This document shows positions 37,211 through 50,940 of a DNA stretch of 64,000 nt, piece after piece. Below the pieces are notes generated by a model. That model saw only the letters and a list, made by a program, of their open reading frames with translations, was not told the DNA's origin and did not search any database. The stretch's first letter is position 1, and each line of letters starts with the position of its first letter. The stretch lies in the NCBI GenBank assembly GCA_964016885.1, contig OZ024741.1:346084001-346148000 (forward strand). Direction: 5' to 3'. This stretch comes from Eledone cirrhosa. Lineage: Eukaryota. Position numbers and translations under genes: made by a program.

Positions 37211-39737
37211 GTCGTATTAGCAAAAACTAAGCAAAAAGAGAGGAGAGAGTTGAAGAAATAGTTATTGAATTATATTACCTAACACGTGTTTCATTGCTGT
37301 TACGCAATCATTTACGAGAGCTGAATAGGAGTATTATCTCGTTATTCATTCACCCACATTATGTCTGCGTTCAGGAAATCATCAGAGATAAATGAAATAA
37401 TTGAAGATAATATATCATTACAAATAAAGTTCAGATATATGTGAGTACAAAGGGACGGAGGAGTAAGTGTTGTGAATAACAGCCACTTGGCTGCTAGTGT
37501 CCATGATATCGCCGAGGTTCGAAATGTCATAGGCTGAAAGCAATATAGTTGAAAGAAGACCACTTTAGGAAATGGGAGAAGCTGTTTTCACGAAGTATAG
37601 CTAGTCATGAAATCGACATATCATGTTATGATTCCTAGGCTAAGATTGGTGTGGATTTGAAGAATGAAAGTATTATTCATGATCACAGAGATTAGATCGG
37701 CATAAAAATACGAAGCTTGGCACCGATCTTCATTGGCAGAAAATTCCTGTTCAAACGAGATGCAGTTCGTATGAGAATGGAAGTAGAGTTATGAGATCAA
37801 CTCTCAATTAAACCTGGAAGATATCTAGAGAGAAGTTTTAGGCATTTATGTTTACAATTGCATATTCCATCCTGTCTAGATTTCAACAACTTTTTCCCGG
37901 TCATAATGTACAGTGATTCCGTAGCACAACTATCATAACCTTGTCTTTCGCGTCAATAGGGATTGGTAAAGCTTAAATATCACTCTGATAGCCCGTAACC
38001 TTTTCCTGTTTTAAAGCCTATATTACTTTAGCTAACCCGGTAGATTTGTGAACCGCTGGAGTATTAAGCTTCTTAACACTGTTAGCTACTTTATGCTACG
38101 ATGTGGACCTGCTGCCGCATTTAGTGTTATGCTCCACTTAATAGTTTCCTACAAACCTTATTCACATTATAGATGATTCCACTACCACATCAATATGTTA
38201 TGACTTTTAATATAACTGGTCTCATCCAGCAATAAAATTTCGTTTTGTTTCCTTACATCACCTTGAAATCAGACGTCCTTTTAATATAATTCGCACACAT
38301 GTATATATCATTTGTGTCCTGCAAATGTTAATAATTAAAGAGCTATAACCACCCGCAATTTTATTATCTAATCTATAAAAGAGACTTTACCTTATAGAAA
38401 TTTATCTCCACATTGCATACACTTTCGCTCCTCTGAGCTCCACTTCATATAATCATTTAGAATCCACTAGATATCCTCCTATCTACAATTAATTGTTTCT
38501 CCATTGTCAAGTTTCACTTCCTATCTTAGCACATCTCTCTTGTCATTTTATGCGTAATAAAACAATATAGTTTTACTGATCTTTCGCTTCTATACAGTAC
38601 ATAACACTTCACTATTTCTCATTGCTTGGTAATATATCATTCAAAGTGTTGTTCCATTATACCCACCATTCATATAGTTGATAGCTTTGGCTCAATTCCT
38701 TATAATGAATAACTTTTGATCAATTTCTTGTCTGGCGAGGGTAATAATAGCCTATCTAGATATTTTATTAACTATTTCTAACAGCATCCTTAGATCTACA
38801 TTGCTGAATTAAACCACATTAATTACAGCTACTTGGATTAAGCTGTAATTAAGTTGTTTTTAGATTGACCAGAAGCTTATATTCTCGCTGTTTATATTGA
38901 ATGAAGTTTTCACATTATCCATAGTAAACTCAGTTGTCAGCTCTCACTCGTGTATGCCGGCATAAGAATTATTATATCTTATTATTTATGTAAATATAAA
39001 AACATGTTAATGTAAGTAAAGTTCATTGTTATCAAATTCGTTATATATAAATTGTCATCGTATTCTCATTTGTTCTCATAATATGCTACAGCAGGAAATT
39101 TCGTGACGATAACAAAAGAAAACAATACATTATCCTTATTTACATTTAACTAGATTCATTCAATGATGTCGTTACGCCCTTTTTATGTATATCTCGTATG
39201 TGTGCAGTGAAGGTTTTAATATAATGTGAAGGTCATTATGTTGCATGTAATTTCTTACGTAACAGAATCTGTATGAAAACAAGTCTTGTTGAGTTTTTAT
39301 TTTTTATTGTCAAAACTTTCTTAATATTGGTAAGTAATTGCATAGAAATTACACTATGTAGGTTGTGTCTCTGAATTGAACAGGTCTTGTTTATGATAGT
39401 TTTCGTTCATACAATATATCACAGTTATAATTAATGCAATTTTAGGTATTATTTTGAAGTCTTACGGATTTTGACTTTATATATAAGTGGAATTCGATCG
39501 AAAATTATTCATATTGATTTACTATTTTATGAATTTTAAAAAGATAGATTAGCTTTTTAACTTCATTCTGCTGTGAAATTTGAAATACAGAATCCCACAA
39601 TATATTAGACGTAAAATTGTCCGCTAATTCGCTAATTAGACGTAAAATTGACCGCTGATGGTGCAATAGATCTATGTATGATGGTGTAATAAGATCTATG
39701 GATACATTATATTTTTGAAAATGTGTGTAACCAGAAA

Positions 39738-39856
39738 TAATTCTTTCTACTTTTGGCACAAGGCCAGGAATTATCCTAGTGCATTATTGGTACATTATTT
39801 TATCGACCTCGTAAGGATGAAAGGCAAAGTTAACCTCGACGGGATTTGAACTCAGA

Positions 39857-39858
<2 letters not shown>
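39738..39858 (-). mobile_element. Partial copy of the main SINE
   Basis: Reverse complement of the B-box, core and 3' end. Confidence 0.85.
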
Positions 39859-39901
<43 letters not shown>

Positions 39902-40171
39902 CTCTGATTAATAATTACTTGCTTAATTAAATGTTTCATTGAGCCACACCGTGAAAGGTGGCTACACTCATATATGTATCTGTGACTATGTCTAAATATA
40001 TACATATATCCCTATGAATTTAATATATACTCCCGTTCGGTAGAGTAAAACTTTAGGCGGTATCTGGCTGCTCTTTCTAGCAGCCAGCTTACCTGCCATC
40101 TGGCCACCATTCACAACCTTCTACTTTTGAATTAATTTCTGGCGAGGATCATGGCAGAAGAAACTTTGTCC

Positions 40172-40268
40172 AGTCTGGGGTATCTCCTGATGAGTTCCAA
40201 GCCTCGTGGATTTATTCAAGATCGGGTATATCCAAAAAGTGGAAAGAAACCACCGGTTGAGTGAGACT
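40172..40268 (+). ncRNA. Type I hammerhead ribozyme motif, canonical core, extended helix II
   Basis: AGTCT..CTC-CTGATGA(40187-40193)-G-TTCCA...TGGAT/ATCCA...TGGAA-A-GAAA-CC-ACC-GG-TT-GAG..AGACT. GUU site; proximal helix I only 3 bp. Confidence 0.6.
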
Positions 40269-43200
40269 ATGAGAATTCTGGTAAAATTTATGTGCATTTT
40301 TTTCTTCAAACTTTTATTTTGTACCTAATTCCGTGTAGTTAACTATTTGTCTAGTCAATTTCTACAGGCTAGAAGAAATAATTAGGTAAGTGTCATATAG
40401 CTGTACATCGCAGAGAATAATCTGTATCATTTGTCTATTATTTCTTCATAAGTACATTTTAAACTTATAGCCTTGTTTAAATGATTTTTTATGTGGTTGA
40501 TTTATACTGATTGGGAGAGGAAATACTGTATATATTTTATCTAATGATTCTTTGGACTTACATTTATATATATATAGATAGATACACATACACACGCACG
40601 CGCGCTCACACACACACGCGCGCACACACACATACGCGCACACACACACACACGCATATATATATATATGTATATATATATAGAGATAGGGAGAGCGGGA
40701 GTTAGAGAGAGTTAGAGAGAGAGAGAGAGAGAGAGTGAGAGAGAACGCTTTTGCATGTTACTGTAGTATATTACATGCGTCCGGCAACGGAACTTGTGCC
40801 AGCGAGAGACCCTCTACGTGACCGCTATTGTGTGCTCCTAGGTATAGTCTAGATCAACAACTCTTTATTATATCAAGCAGTTTACTTCTTATGGAAATTT
40901 TAAGCGTATCTTAACAATATCAGCTGGATGTTTCTGAAGCATTTTAAAGATTTTTCTTTTCAAAATTCTCGATTATTTTCCTAACTAGTTTTTTACAATG
41001 AATATGTTGTTTATGGTTCATGTATATGTATATATCTGTCACACTGTGCATTGTACGTATTGGACTATTCTGTCGAACATTTAAAAATTTCATCTTAATT
41101 TCTCTCTGCTATAATCTAAATGATTGTATATATTTCCTACTCTATTCCTCTGCTTTCAATGTATATATCTGACGCATCATCATATCTTAACTCGCCTCTA
41201 TATAGACAGCTTTAGTACATTGCTTTTCATACATGTTTTATATCATTGTTGTATACGAGTTGAGAAACACTGAGGGGTTCGATTCAGTAGATATATTAGT
41301 GAAATCACGCCTAGACACATGTGTAGTGAGGATAAGGTATCTCTTTAAAACATGCCTCTTTCAAAGACAATATATTTCGTTTTATCAACCTATCGTCATC
41401 GCTTAATATCAATGATTTTTTTTCCTTTTGACGTGATGTATTCTTTGTTAATATTTATTTTGTGGCTGCTCTCTTTGCCTCAAGTTTATTTAATATTTAG
41501 ACGTGTGATGCGTGATTTGAAACTATGCTGTTATACATTTTTGTTACTGCATCATTTTTTACCAATTGGAAACAGATGAATATTTTCGTGGCCCAATGTA
41601 ATACATTATATAACGTAGATTTACGTTGGTTATCATTAACTATGATGTACAGAGTGGTGAAATGATATATTTGTTAAAGCGTCTTGTGAAATGTCTTTGC
41701 ATTATTTCTTCTGTCTCTTTACATTCTGTGTTCAAATTCCGCTATTTTCGACAATGCCTTTCATCATTCCGAGTCGATGCAATAAGGTATCAGTTAAGTA
41801 CTGAGGTCACTTATATCACCTTTGCTCTTACCACAAATTCGTTGACCTGCATTATAAAAATCAATTATTAGGTTGTAAGACTAGTACATCGTTGCTATAA
41901 CCATACGCTGTTACTATTTATTTTAAGCAGGGGATCATTCTGAACAACGAAGGAAATATTTACATAGAATAACTATCAATTATATATATACTGAAGGTTC
42001 GTGTATCGTCACTATGTGCGGGCAGGAGAGGTTGGTGTTTTTGGAAAGAAGTTTTAGTCTATGTTGTTTAGAATGTTACGGAATCTAGTTGCGCTGATAT
42101 TGCTTTATCTTTTGTAATTTGATTATTTGAAATCTAGGAAGTCTCGTGTACGTTAAGATAGTCCCAATGTAGGTATTTGAGAGAGAGTATGATAGTGATG
42201 CAATGGAAGGTTGTAACACATTGGAGCGTTTAGTAAGTTGAGTGGTACTATATGGTTGTTTAATATATCTATATGCTTCGGATAGCTATATATCAATTTT
42301 ATAGCCTATATTTCTTCTCTATCGACGTTAACTATTAGTTTACATATGTTATATGCGATATCTTTTTATTTATTGCATGTTGTTATATTAATAATATGAA
42401 ATAGAATGCTGGAGGTTTGGTGTCAAGGTAGTAAAAGATGCCACATGAGTATCGTAAGAGATAATAAAATATTCTAGTTTTATAACATTGCCTTGAACGT
42501 CGTTAGATTCGCATCGGAGAACCTGTAGTCATTTTGTGTTAAGCTGGCAAAGGTTATAAATGTGTGTGAAACGTTACGTTAAATCAAATCTGTGCTAACT
42601 TGTGACGTAAATTTTGATATTATCACCGATGATATTTTCCCTCTAATGTCATGTGCTTTTCTGGATTATCTGTAAATATTGTTGCTCGGCTGAGGGTATG
42701 GAAGTGGTTTGAATACTGTATAACAGATTTACGCATTAGAAGTAGCTTTTCACAAATTCATTACAGTTAAATGTATTGGATGCAGTTCGTATTCTTGAGA
42801 AATATTTCAGGGAGGGGCGTCACTTTATTCGAGCGGTCTTTTAGGTTTCACAATCTAGTCATTTTGTTTTATATATATATTAAATTCCGTATTATTTAAC
42901 CCGGAATATCAATTGTTATTTGAAGACAGCGAGATTTGGCTGCAATTTCTTGTGGCTCAACCAATTACATAGACATTTTAGCTAGCGCGTTATTGCTCTT
43001 AGGGCGGGGGTGGTGGTGGTGGTTAAGCATCTATTTTTTGTTCTTGGTGTGTATATCTTGTAGGCATTTATTTTTATTGTCGTTATTATAATGTATATTT
43101 TTGGTTAATTTTATTATGATTCGGGTCTAGTTGTTGCTGTTTGCTTTTTATTTGTTTTCTTTCTTATTTTTCATGCATTTAATTATTGTTGGTCTTATTG

Positions 43201-44220
43201 GTGTTATTGTTAATATGATTATATTTACAGTCCATTTGGATGCTGCTGGAGAGATTGCTGTTCTTATTAGTATTGTTCGTTATTGTTTTTGTTGTTTTTA
43301 TTAGTCACACCGCTCTTGCTGCTGTTGGTTATATTCTTCTTGTGGCAGATGGTTTTGTGTTCTGTTCTTATATTTGTTGATATTACGATGTTTGTTGTTA
43401 TCTTTGTTGTCGATTTTCTTGTACCTTATAGAGGTTAATGTTGTTATAGTTTTCCTCTTGTTGATGACGATGATGATGTGGGTAATAATGGTGATGATGT
43501 TTATATTCATTGTTGCTGTTAGCGACTTTGCTGGTGTTGTTGTTGTTGTAGTTGTTATTATGAAAATCTTCATAAAAGTTTAATCCTTTATCGAAGAAAC
43601 ATGTCATATTTCCACATTAATCTTCAATTATTATATTTCAAAAGCAGACCTTCTAGAATTACTCTTTTTATATCTTTATTTTGTCTTACTGTGTTTTTGT
43701 TTTTCGACTTAAACAGAAAGAATATTTATTTAATCCCATTTCGGTTCACGTCATAGCATTATTTTCTCGTAGTTTTTCTTCGTTGCACTATGCTATGCAT
43801 TTTATATTTTCGTTATGAGTCTGATGTAGTCGGTGTTGTTCCTGTTTCTTTAAATTCACTTTCATAATTTCTTTCTCTGTTTTATTCACACACACACATA
43901 CAGACGCACACTCAACATACACACACACGCACACACACACGGACAGACAGACACACACACACAGACACACACACACTCTCACACACACACACATATATAT
44001 ATATAGTAATAAATATATATATAAATATATATAATAAAGATATATACTATAGTATATATATATATATATAGTTTTTATTCATTCATAATTGTTGATTGTT
44101 GTTTGCAATTCTATTAACGTTACCATCATAATCAACATCGGCATCCGCCACCCCCTCCTCATCATCGTCAGCATATTCACTGCAGATTTCATCAGAATAC
44201 TTCACGCCATTTATAATGAT

Positions 44221-44412
44221 AATAATTGTTTATACTTTTGGTACAAGGCCAGCAATTACCCAGTGTATTACAGGTACTTTATTTTATCGACCCCGTAAGG
44301 ATGAAAGGCAAAGTTAACCTCGGCGGGATTTGAACTCAGACTGTAAAAGGACATAAATATGCTGGAAAGCATGGCGTCCGACTCTCTACCGATACTGCCA
44401 ATCCACAGCCCT
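44221..44412 (-). mobile_element. Full-length main SINE copy
   Basis: Complete head (GGATTGGCAGTATCGGTAGAG...), B-box, core and 3' end. Confidence 0.88.
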
Positions 44413-44432
44413 TAGTAATAATAATAATAATG

Positions 44433-47400
44433 GTTTCTTTATTGGTCACAAGGGATAACACGAAGAAAAACATTAGAGACAGCACAGAACAGTACAGGAC
44501 GATACAAAGTGGGTTTTAGTCGTGTAAATAGATTATAACAAAATCGGGCTAGAAATCAAAAAAAAATTCAAACATCAAAAATTCCCCAAAAAGGGGGAAA
44601 CCTCCGAGGGTCACTCGTACCCAAAACCACACTAAAAAGACCACGTCAAGCGCACTCTCTCAGTTTTTCCACTCCTCAATCTACAGACGTATACTCAGGC
44701 GGGCCTGTTCACTCGGACCAGACTCGCCACTTTCACCCACCTTGCAATAAACTTACTAGAAGACAGCACTTGCCTTTCCACCATGATTTTTCTCTTCAAG
44801 TGAAACTTGAAAAAGTTGATCAGGGTTTGGCCGAAGAGGAAAGTGTCCGTCTTCAACCCTTTCAACCTTGTCCACCACACAATCTCTTTCGCCATGGCCT
44901 CCAGGCAGATGAAAACTGTCTGCCCTTCCTCCTCTTGAAAGGTGGATGGCGGGGCTATCTGCACAATGGACTCAGTCGATAACCGGATCCGTCTTACACG
45001 CAACAGCAGCTGTTCGACATAGCTCCACAAGTCAGCAATCCTCGGGCACTGAACGAATGCGTGCAGGACGGTTTCGCCTCCCTGCACTCATCTCGGTCAG
45101 GCTCTGCTGACAGCATCTCCGTGCATGTAGAGCTTATCCCGAACCGGAAACGCTCCCCGGTAGCACTGCCAGGCCAGGGATTTCTGGAAGTTGTCCATAG
45201 GCCTCGGTCTGAAAGTTCTCTTGAAGAGGGCGAACAGCTGATCGTCTTCGACGCCCAGGGTCTCCCCGAGAACGTCGTCGCTCCTTCCCTCCCCTAGCCC
45301 TCTATAGAACGCCGAGGTGGATGTTCCACCGATACTAGTGCCCAGCTGGTAGATGGCCGTGAGCGCTTAGAGACATTCCAGCTTCCAAGCACTATCCCTC
45401 GGTCTTTACCTGATCCAGGACTGCAGCTCCGTCAAGCAGGCGAGCTGGGGAAAAGCGCGTCTGGCAAACGGCGACCGCAACTGTTCACCGTCAAGGAAGC
45501 ACCAGAGATCTCGCAGCCTTAGCACATGTTTGCGCATCATCAATCACGGCATGCCTAGTCCTCCACGCAACGGATGTTGACAGAAAATGGACGTCTTACC
45601 ATGGGAGAACGTCCCTTTCACAAAAAAAAAACGGAAGAGAAGGCGCTCCATTCTGGTCAGAGTTGGGCGGGGGCAAGGTACGACGGTCAGGTGGTAGCAG
45701 AATACAGACGCGATGTACGCATTCGCCACCTCCGCCCGACCTTTCAGAGACAGCCTCCTCTGGGCCATTTCTGGGTGAGAGAGGCCACCCTGCTCGTCAT
45801 CTCGCTCCAGCTTTTCTCCATCTCGCAGTCCGGACCGAACCAGACCCCGAGCAATTTAACCGGTCCTTCAGCCCAGCTCCCCACAACGCTGTGGGACGGC
45901 ATGGACTTGCCTCTCCAGGTGCCGAGTTGCAAGCCCACTGACTTTTCCTGGTTTATCTTTGCTCATGTTACCGCTTCGTATTCCTTGAGAGCGGTGCCCA
46001 GCATCTGGATTTGTTTGGTGCTCGACACCACCACGGTGACATCGTCGGCGTAAGCTGACACGGATCTCCCGCATCCTAGTTTACGTGAGACCCCCTCATC
46101 GTCTCCAACTTGTTTAGTAAATGCTCTAGGGACAGTACGTACAAGAAGGACGAGAGGGGGCAGCCCTGGCGGATCGAGCACATGATGCTGAAAGGCTGCG
46201 ACAGATGCCCATTCACTCTCACAATCGAACAGATGTCACTGTGCATCGCAGCGATTCAGCCCCTAACAACCGTCCCGAAGCCGGCCGCCTCGAGGACTGC
46301 AGCCAGGTACCGATGGTTGACCCCCATCAAAGGCTTTAGTTTGATCCAAGTTGATCAGGGCCCCACCCGTGCCAGGTTCCTTAACCACCCTCTCTATGAT
46401 GTATCGCATGAGATGGAGGTTGTGGTGGAAATTTGTGGTCCATGTAGTCGACTACTTTAAATTGTGGACAACCTACACTAGCATTATCTGTTTCCCTACA
46501 GAATACCCTATCTAAATACTGTCTGGATGACCCGATACGCTTTGCCCATGTTCACATTGGCACATTCGGATAATCCAGTCTATATCTGTCAGACAGTTCA
46601 AAACGTCTGAGCAGATTGTTGAGGCTTTTACACCCTCCTGTCCTGTCTACTAGCCCCACATAATCCCAGCGTGCATCTAAGATACCGTTCCAGTCGCACA
46701 CTAACACTAAAGAGCGGGACGTTCCAAGAAAGGTCTCTAGACGTCTGAAGAATTCTGGCCGTCTTGCCCCTGTTGGGGGGTAGACGGCTACAAGCCTGAT
46801 AGCATTGCCTTCGCTGCCGGTCAGGTCCAGCACCACCGACTTACCTTCTGGGTCCAGGAAGATGGCCCGTATGGCGAGATCCAAGCCTCTCCGAAAAAGC
46901 ACGGCAACCCCTCCCCCCGGGTCTGGACGGCTGGGAGATGCGTACCATCGTAGCCGCTGAAGATCGGTGTGAAGGCTTATGTTTTGGAGATTCTGGTGTC
47001 GCTGATGGACATCACATCTATGTTTAGTGACCTGAGGTCGTTGACCAGGTGACCCTGCTTCCAAGATGACCACAAGCCACGTACATTTATACTGCCTATT
47101 CTAAGTACGGCCATGTTGGATGAGAAACGGGGTAAGAGAGAAAGGATCACTTACCTTGATAGTGTGGGGAAGGGACAATAGAACCGTCCCTTTGGCTTGT
47201 CATGGGTGTTTCCAAGAGGATGTCGGTGTATATCCTGTTGGTAACCGACCCTCTTTAGTCTCCAACTGCGTTGGGGAATTTTTCTTTTAAAAGTTTGTAA
47301 TGTTCTATTTTGATTTCAATGATGTTTATGTTTTTCAGCAGAGTTCTTGGTGTTGGTGGGGTGTAGTAATTTACATTCTGTGATGTCTGTTTGCTGCTCT

Positions 47401-49365
47401 ATATGTTGTAAGAGTCATTTATTTGCCATGTTTATGGCTGTGTACTTTTTGGTGGGAGGGTGATTTTGTTGCTATTTTTCTTGTTGTTGCTGTTGGGTGT
47501 GTGTGTTTTGTTGTGTTTGCGATGTTGGTGTTTTTGGTGATGATTGTGGTGGTGTGGTTGTTGTTGGTGGTGATGCTTGTGGTGGTGTGGTTGTTGCTGG
47601 TGGTGATGCTTGTGGTGGTGATGGTGGTGGTGTTGTTGCAAGTCTCCATGCAGCCTTTACTCCTCTTTGTTTGCCTTCGCTTTTGGAGGGTGAAGCTAAG
47701 GGTTTTTTTTTGTTTTTTGTTTTTTTGTGGCAGACCGTTTGCCATTTCCCCGTTGAATTCCGTGGCGTGTGGGAGGGGTATGAGCTCCACTGTTGTTGGT
47801 GAAGGTAGGGGAGCCCGCTCCGGCGATTTTGCCGCCGGTGTAGCTACTGCGACTGTTGGTGTTGCCGCCACTGCTGCCGCCGTTTTAGTTGTCTGTCGCC
47901 TTGGTAATGTGCCGAGGACGTTGCCCTCATACTCACTATGGAAGGGGCTTCTGCCTCTGTTGCCTGCCTTGCTCTTGGTAACAGCGGATCAGGCGTCAGA
48001 AGGAGGGGGGGGGCCCTCTTCTTGGCTCTCTTCTGCTGGCAGAAGGCCCTGTGGTGACTCTCAGAGATAGCACTTTGGGCGCCTTCCTTCCACGCTTATA
48101 GGGAGTTGGAGTCCTTCCTCGAGGTATATGATGTCTGGGATGGCCTCTATGCACTCCTGGTCAGTTTTTTTGTTAGCATGTGCATGCCTATTCCTGACCA
48201 GTACTCACTTCCCAATCTCTGTATTTGCAGTACGGTGGTATTCTTCTCGATTCCAGCAAGTACAGACACGGCAAACCAAGGTATGGGCACGTCGAGTGGG
48301 ACCTGGGCCACATTGACCCTCACCATTTTCTTCCCGCAGTAGGAGGGCACCAAGACTATCTCCTCACTCTTTAGGGTTTCCAAAGAGTGAGACTTCGCCT
48401 CTTGGGGGGTGGCGAAAATTACGTCTACTGTGGCGTACTTTTGGCCTCGGGTGATGTGGGTTTTGCGCGCCCAACCGAACCTCAATGCCTTTGAATTTGA
48501 GCCTCCGTGGCTCTCTCCACCTAATGTGACATTTTGCTTACGGTAAGTCACCGTGCGCATCTGCTGGTCTTTGAAGAAATCGGGTGGAGGTTTCAGGGAA
48601 ACTCTATTGTGATTTCTTGACACCATGTCTCTTGCAACTGCCATCTCTCCTCCGTGACTAGCACTGTCTCTATATTTCGGGCCACACCTGCGAATGAAGT
48701 GGCCCCTTTTTCAGCGGCACCATTATTGCTGCCGCTTTTGCTGTACTGGTCTTGTTGTTGGTACTGTTGCTGTTGCTAGTGCTACAAACGGTTTTGTGGG
48801 TGTTGTTGCTATTATCACTGTTGTAGTTGGTTGTGTTTTCGGTGCCACCGTTGTTGTTTTTTTCGGTGCAATTTGTATTGTTGCTGTTGGTGGTGTCGTT
48901 GTTTATTTTCTTGTTAGTGGTGTTAATATCGTTGTTGCATTTGTTGTCATTTTTTTCTGTTGTCTGTATTTTGGTTGTCGCTATTATTGTTGTAGTTGGT
49001 GTGGTAATTTTTTTAAAAATTAGTGTTCTCAGTGTTGTCTTTGTTCACGTTGTTTGTGGTGGTGTTTGTTGTATGAATTTCTGTAACGCTCCTCTCAACA
49101 TTTACGCTGTCGTCACACGACAGCAGACATATTGTTGGAGGGCGTGGCTCAGCCATGTTATTTCAAAACTTTTTAAAAGTAAAATGTTCAAATATTAATC
49201 AAATATTTGGGCCAAAAGGCCCAAATATTATACTTTCCCCATTCACAGGGAAAAGTCCAAGGGCTTATAGCCCTTACACAACAAGAATAATTGAACAACA
49301 AATAATTATAACAGGTAAATAAAGCGCCTTACTGGGAGCGAGCCAAAAAGACGTCCGAACAGACC
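44433..49365 (-). mobile_element. L1/Tx1-clade LINE (family B), both ends present, decayed, ~1-kb internal deletion at ~46428
   Basis: ORF1 remnants homologous to 57509-59361 (WARKTHITRGQKYATVDV). ORF2 has APE, YADD and zf-RVT, with DHKF joined directly to HHNLHLMR. (ATT)n on both sides on the element strand. Confidence 0.93.
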
Positions 49366-49389
49366 AATAATAATAATAATAATAATAAT

Positions 49390-49476
49390 AATTGTTTCTA
49401 CTTTTGGCACAAGGCCAGCATTACCGAGTGTATTACTGGTACTTTATTTTATCGACCCCGTAAGGATGAAAGGCAA

Positions 49477-49477
<1 letters not shown>
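49390..49477 (-). mobile_element. 3' part of the main SINE, whose ATT tail abuts the Tx1 5' end
   Basis: Reverse complement of the core and 3' end, between two (TAA)n tracts. Confidence 0.85.
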
Positions 49478-49510
<33 letters not shown>

Positions 49511-49511
<1 letters not shown>

Positions 49512-49946
49512 GAGGGTATGCCTGCCAATTGATATGTCCGTTACAATAGATAAGAATGTATCTATAAAAACATTTGAGAAATTGAGCAAGTATAAATACC
49601 TGGAGATAGAGATTGGAAAAATGTGGAAGTTGAGAACTAAAACAATACCAGTGGTGGTAGGCGCTCTAGGAATGATACCTAAGGGGTCTAGGGGTCTAAT
49701 GATTACTTTTCCCAAATCCCAGGAAACCCGCGTATAGAAGAAATACAAAAGATAATACTAATGGAAACTACCCATATACTAAGGAAGAGTCTGTCAATAT
49801 AAGTACATCACAAGTCTAAACACATAAAGATGCACGTGTGTGCATATGTTTTCTTTCTTGAACATGATGGACCTTGTTGTCTCTTGAGGTCACTGGTTGT
49901 GACCTGGTAATAACTCGTATGAACATAAAGCAAGATAAATGAAATA
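49511..49946 (+). mobile_element. 5'-truncated R4/Dong-like (RLE) retrotransposon
   Basis: IDMSVTIDKNVSIKTFEKLSKYKYLEIEIGKMWKLRTKTIPVVVGALG plus 3' UTR, between TAA repeats. Same family as 53826-56044. Confidence 0.88.
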
Positions 49947-49956
49947 ACAATAATAA

Positions 49957-50940
49957 TCTTAGAATACATCACCCAAATGCAGATGCGTACCACCTCTATC
50001 TCCCAAGAAAAATCGAGGTAGACGAATGATCCAGCTAGAGACTTCATACAGGATATCGACCATTGGACACAATTAGTGTCTTAAAACCACAGATGATTAG
50101 ATGATGAAAATTGTGGCAGATACCGAGAGGAAGAAGCGTCAGCAAGGAAAGTAGGAAGTTGGCGGAAAATAGGGAGAACACTTTGAAAATGATGGCAATT
50201 CTGCAATTAAATCTTCAAAGAATATCAAAGCGTTGGCAAAACATGAAGACGAAGAGAGACTGCACTAAATGGGAGCAAAAACCACTGAATGTTCTCCGGA
50301 GGAAAGTACTCGATGTTAATCAAACACTCACCCATCAGTGGCTGCAGAGTTCTCGGCTAAAGGAAGAGAGTTGGGGTTTCATTTTTGTTGCACAAATTAA
50401 TGTTTTTCAACGCGTAACTCTCAAGCTAAAGTGATCAGAAATGGAATTGACCCAAACTTTTGATTTTGTGATGGCCATGTTGAGACCATTGACAATCTAG
50501 TTTCAGTCTGCAGTAATTACACTGGCTAATGTGCAAGTTTTATAGTCTGAAAAGGATTCAACCAGCACCCAAGTGCAGTAACAGAAGACGAGAAAGTGTC
50601 AATCTTCTAGGATTTCCCTGTGAACACTGACAAAACAATCAATGCCAACGGAGCTGATATAATTGTGAAGGACCATAAAGAGAAACAATGTTTCTGAATT
50701 GACATGAGCATTCCATCAGATGGTAACATTTCCTCGAAAGTGTTCGGAAAGTTCAGTAAGTATAATGATCTATCAATTGAAATTGGGAAAATATGGGATC
50801 TTAAGGCCTGCACCATTGATAGTCGGCGCACTTGGAATAATAAAAAAAAAAGAGTACTGAAATATATTTGGACCGGATATCCGGAAAGCCACCGTAATTT
50901 GCACTTAGAGAAAAACAGATCATTACACTCTAAAAAATTA
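49957..50940 (+). mobile_element. Older decayed R4/Dong-like remnant
   Basis: HHPNADAYHLYLPRK, KWEQKPL, THQWLQSSRLKEESWGFIFVAQ and DMSIPSDGNISSKVFGKFSKYNDL occur in the expected order. Confidence 0.75.
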
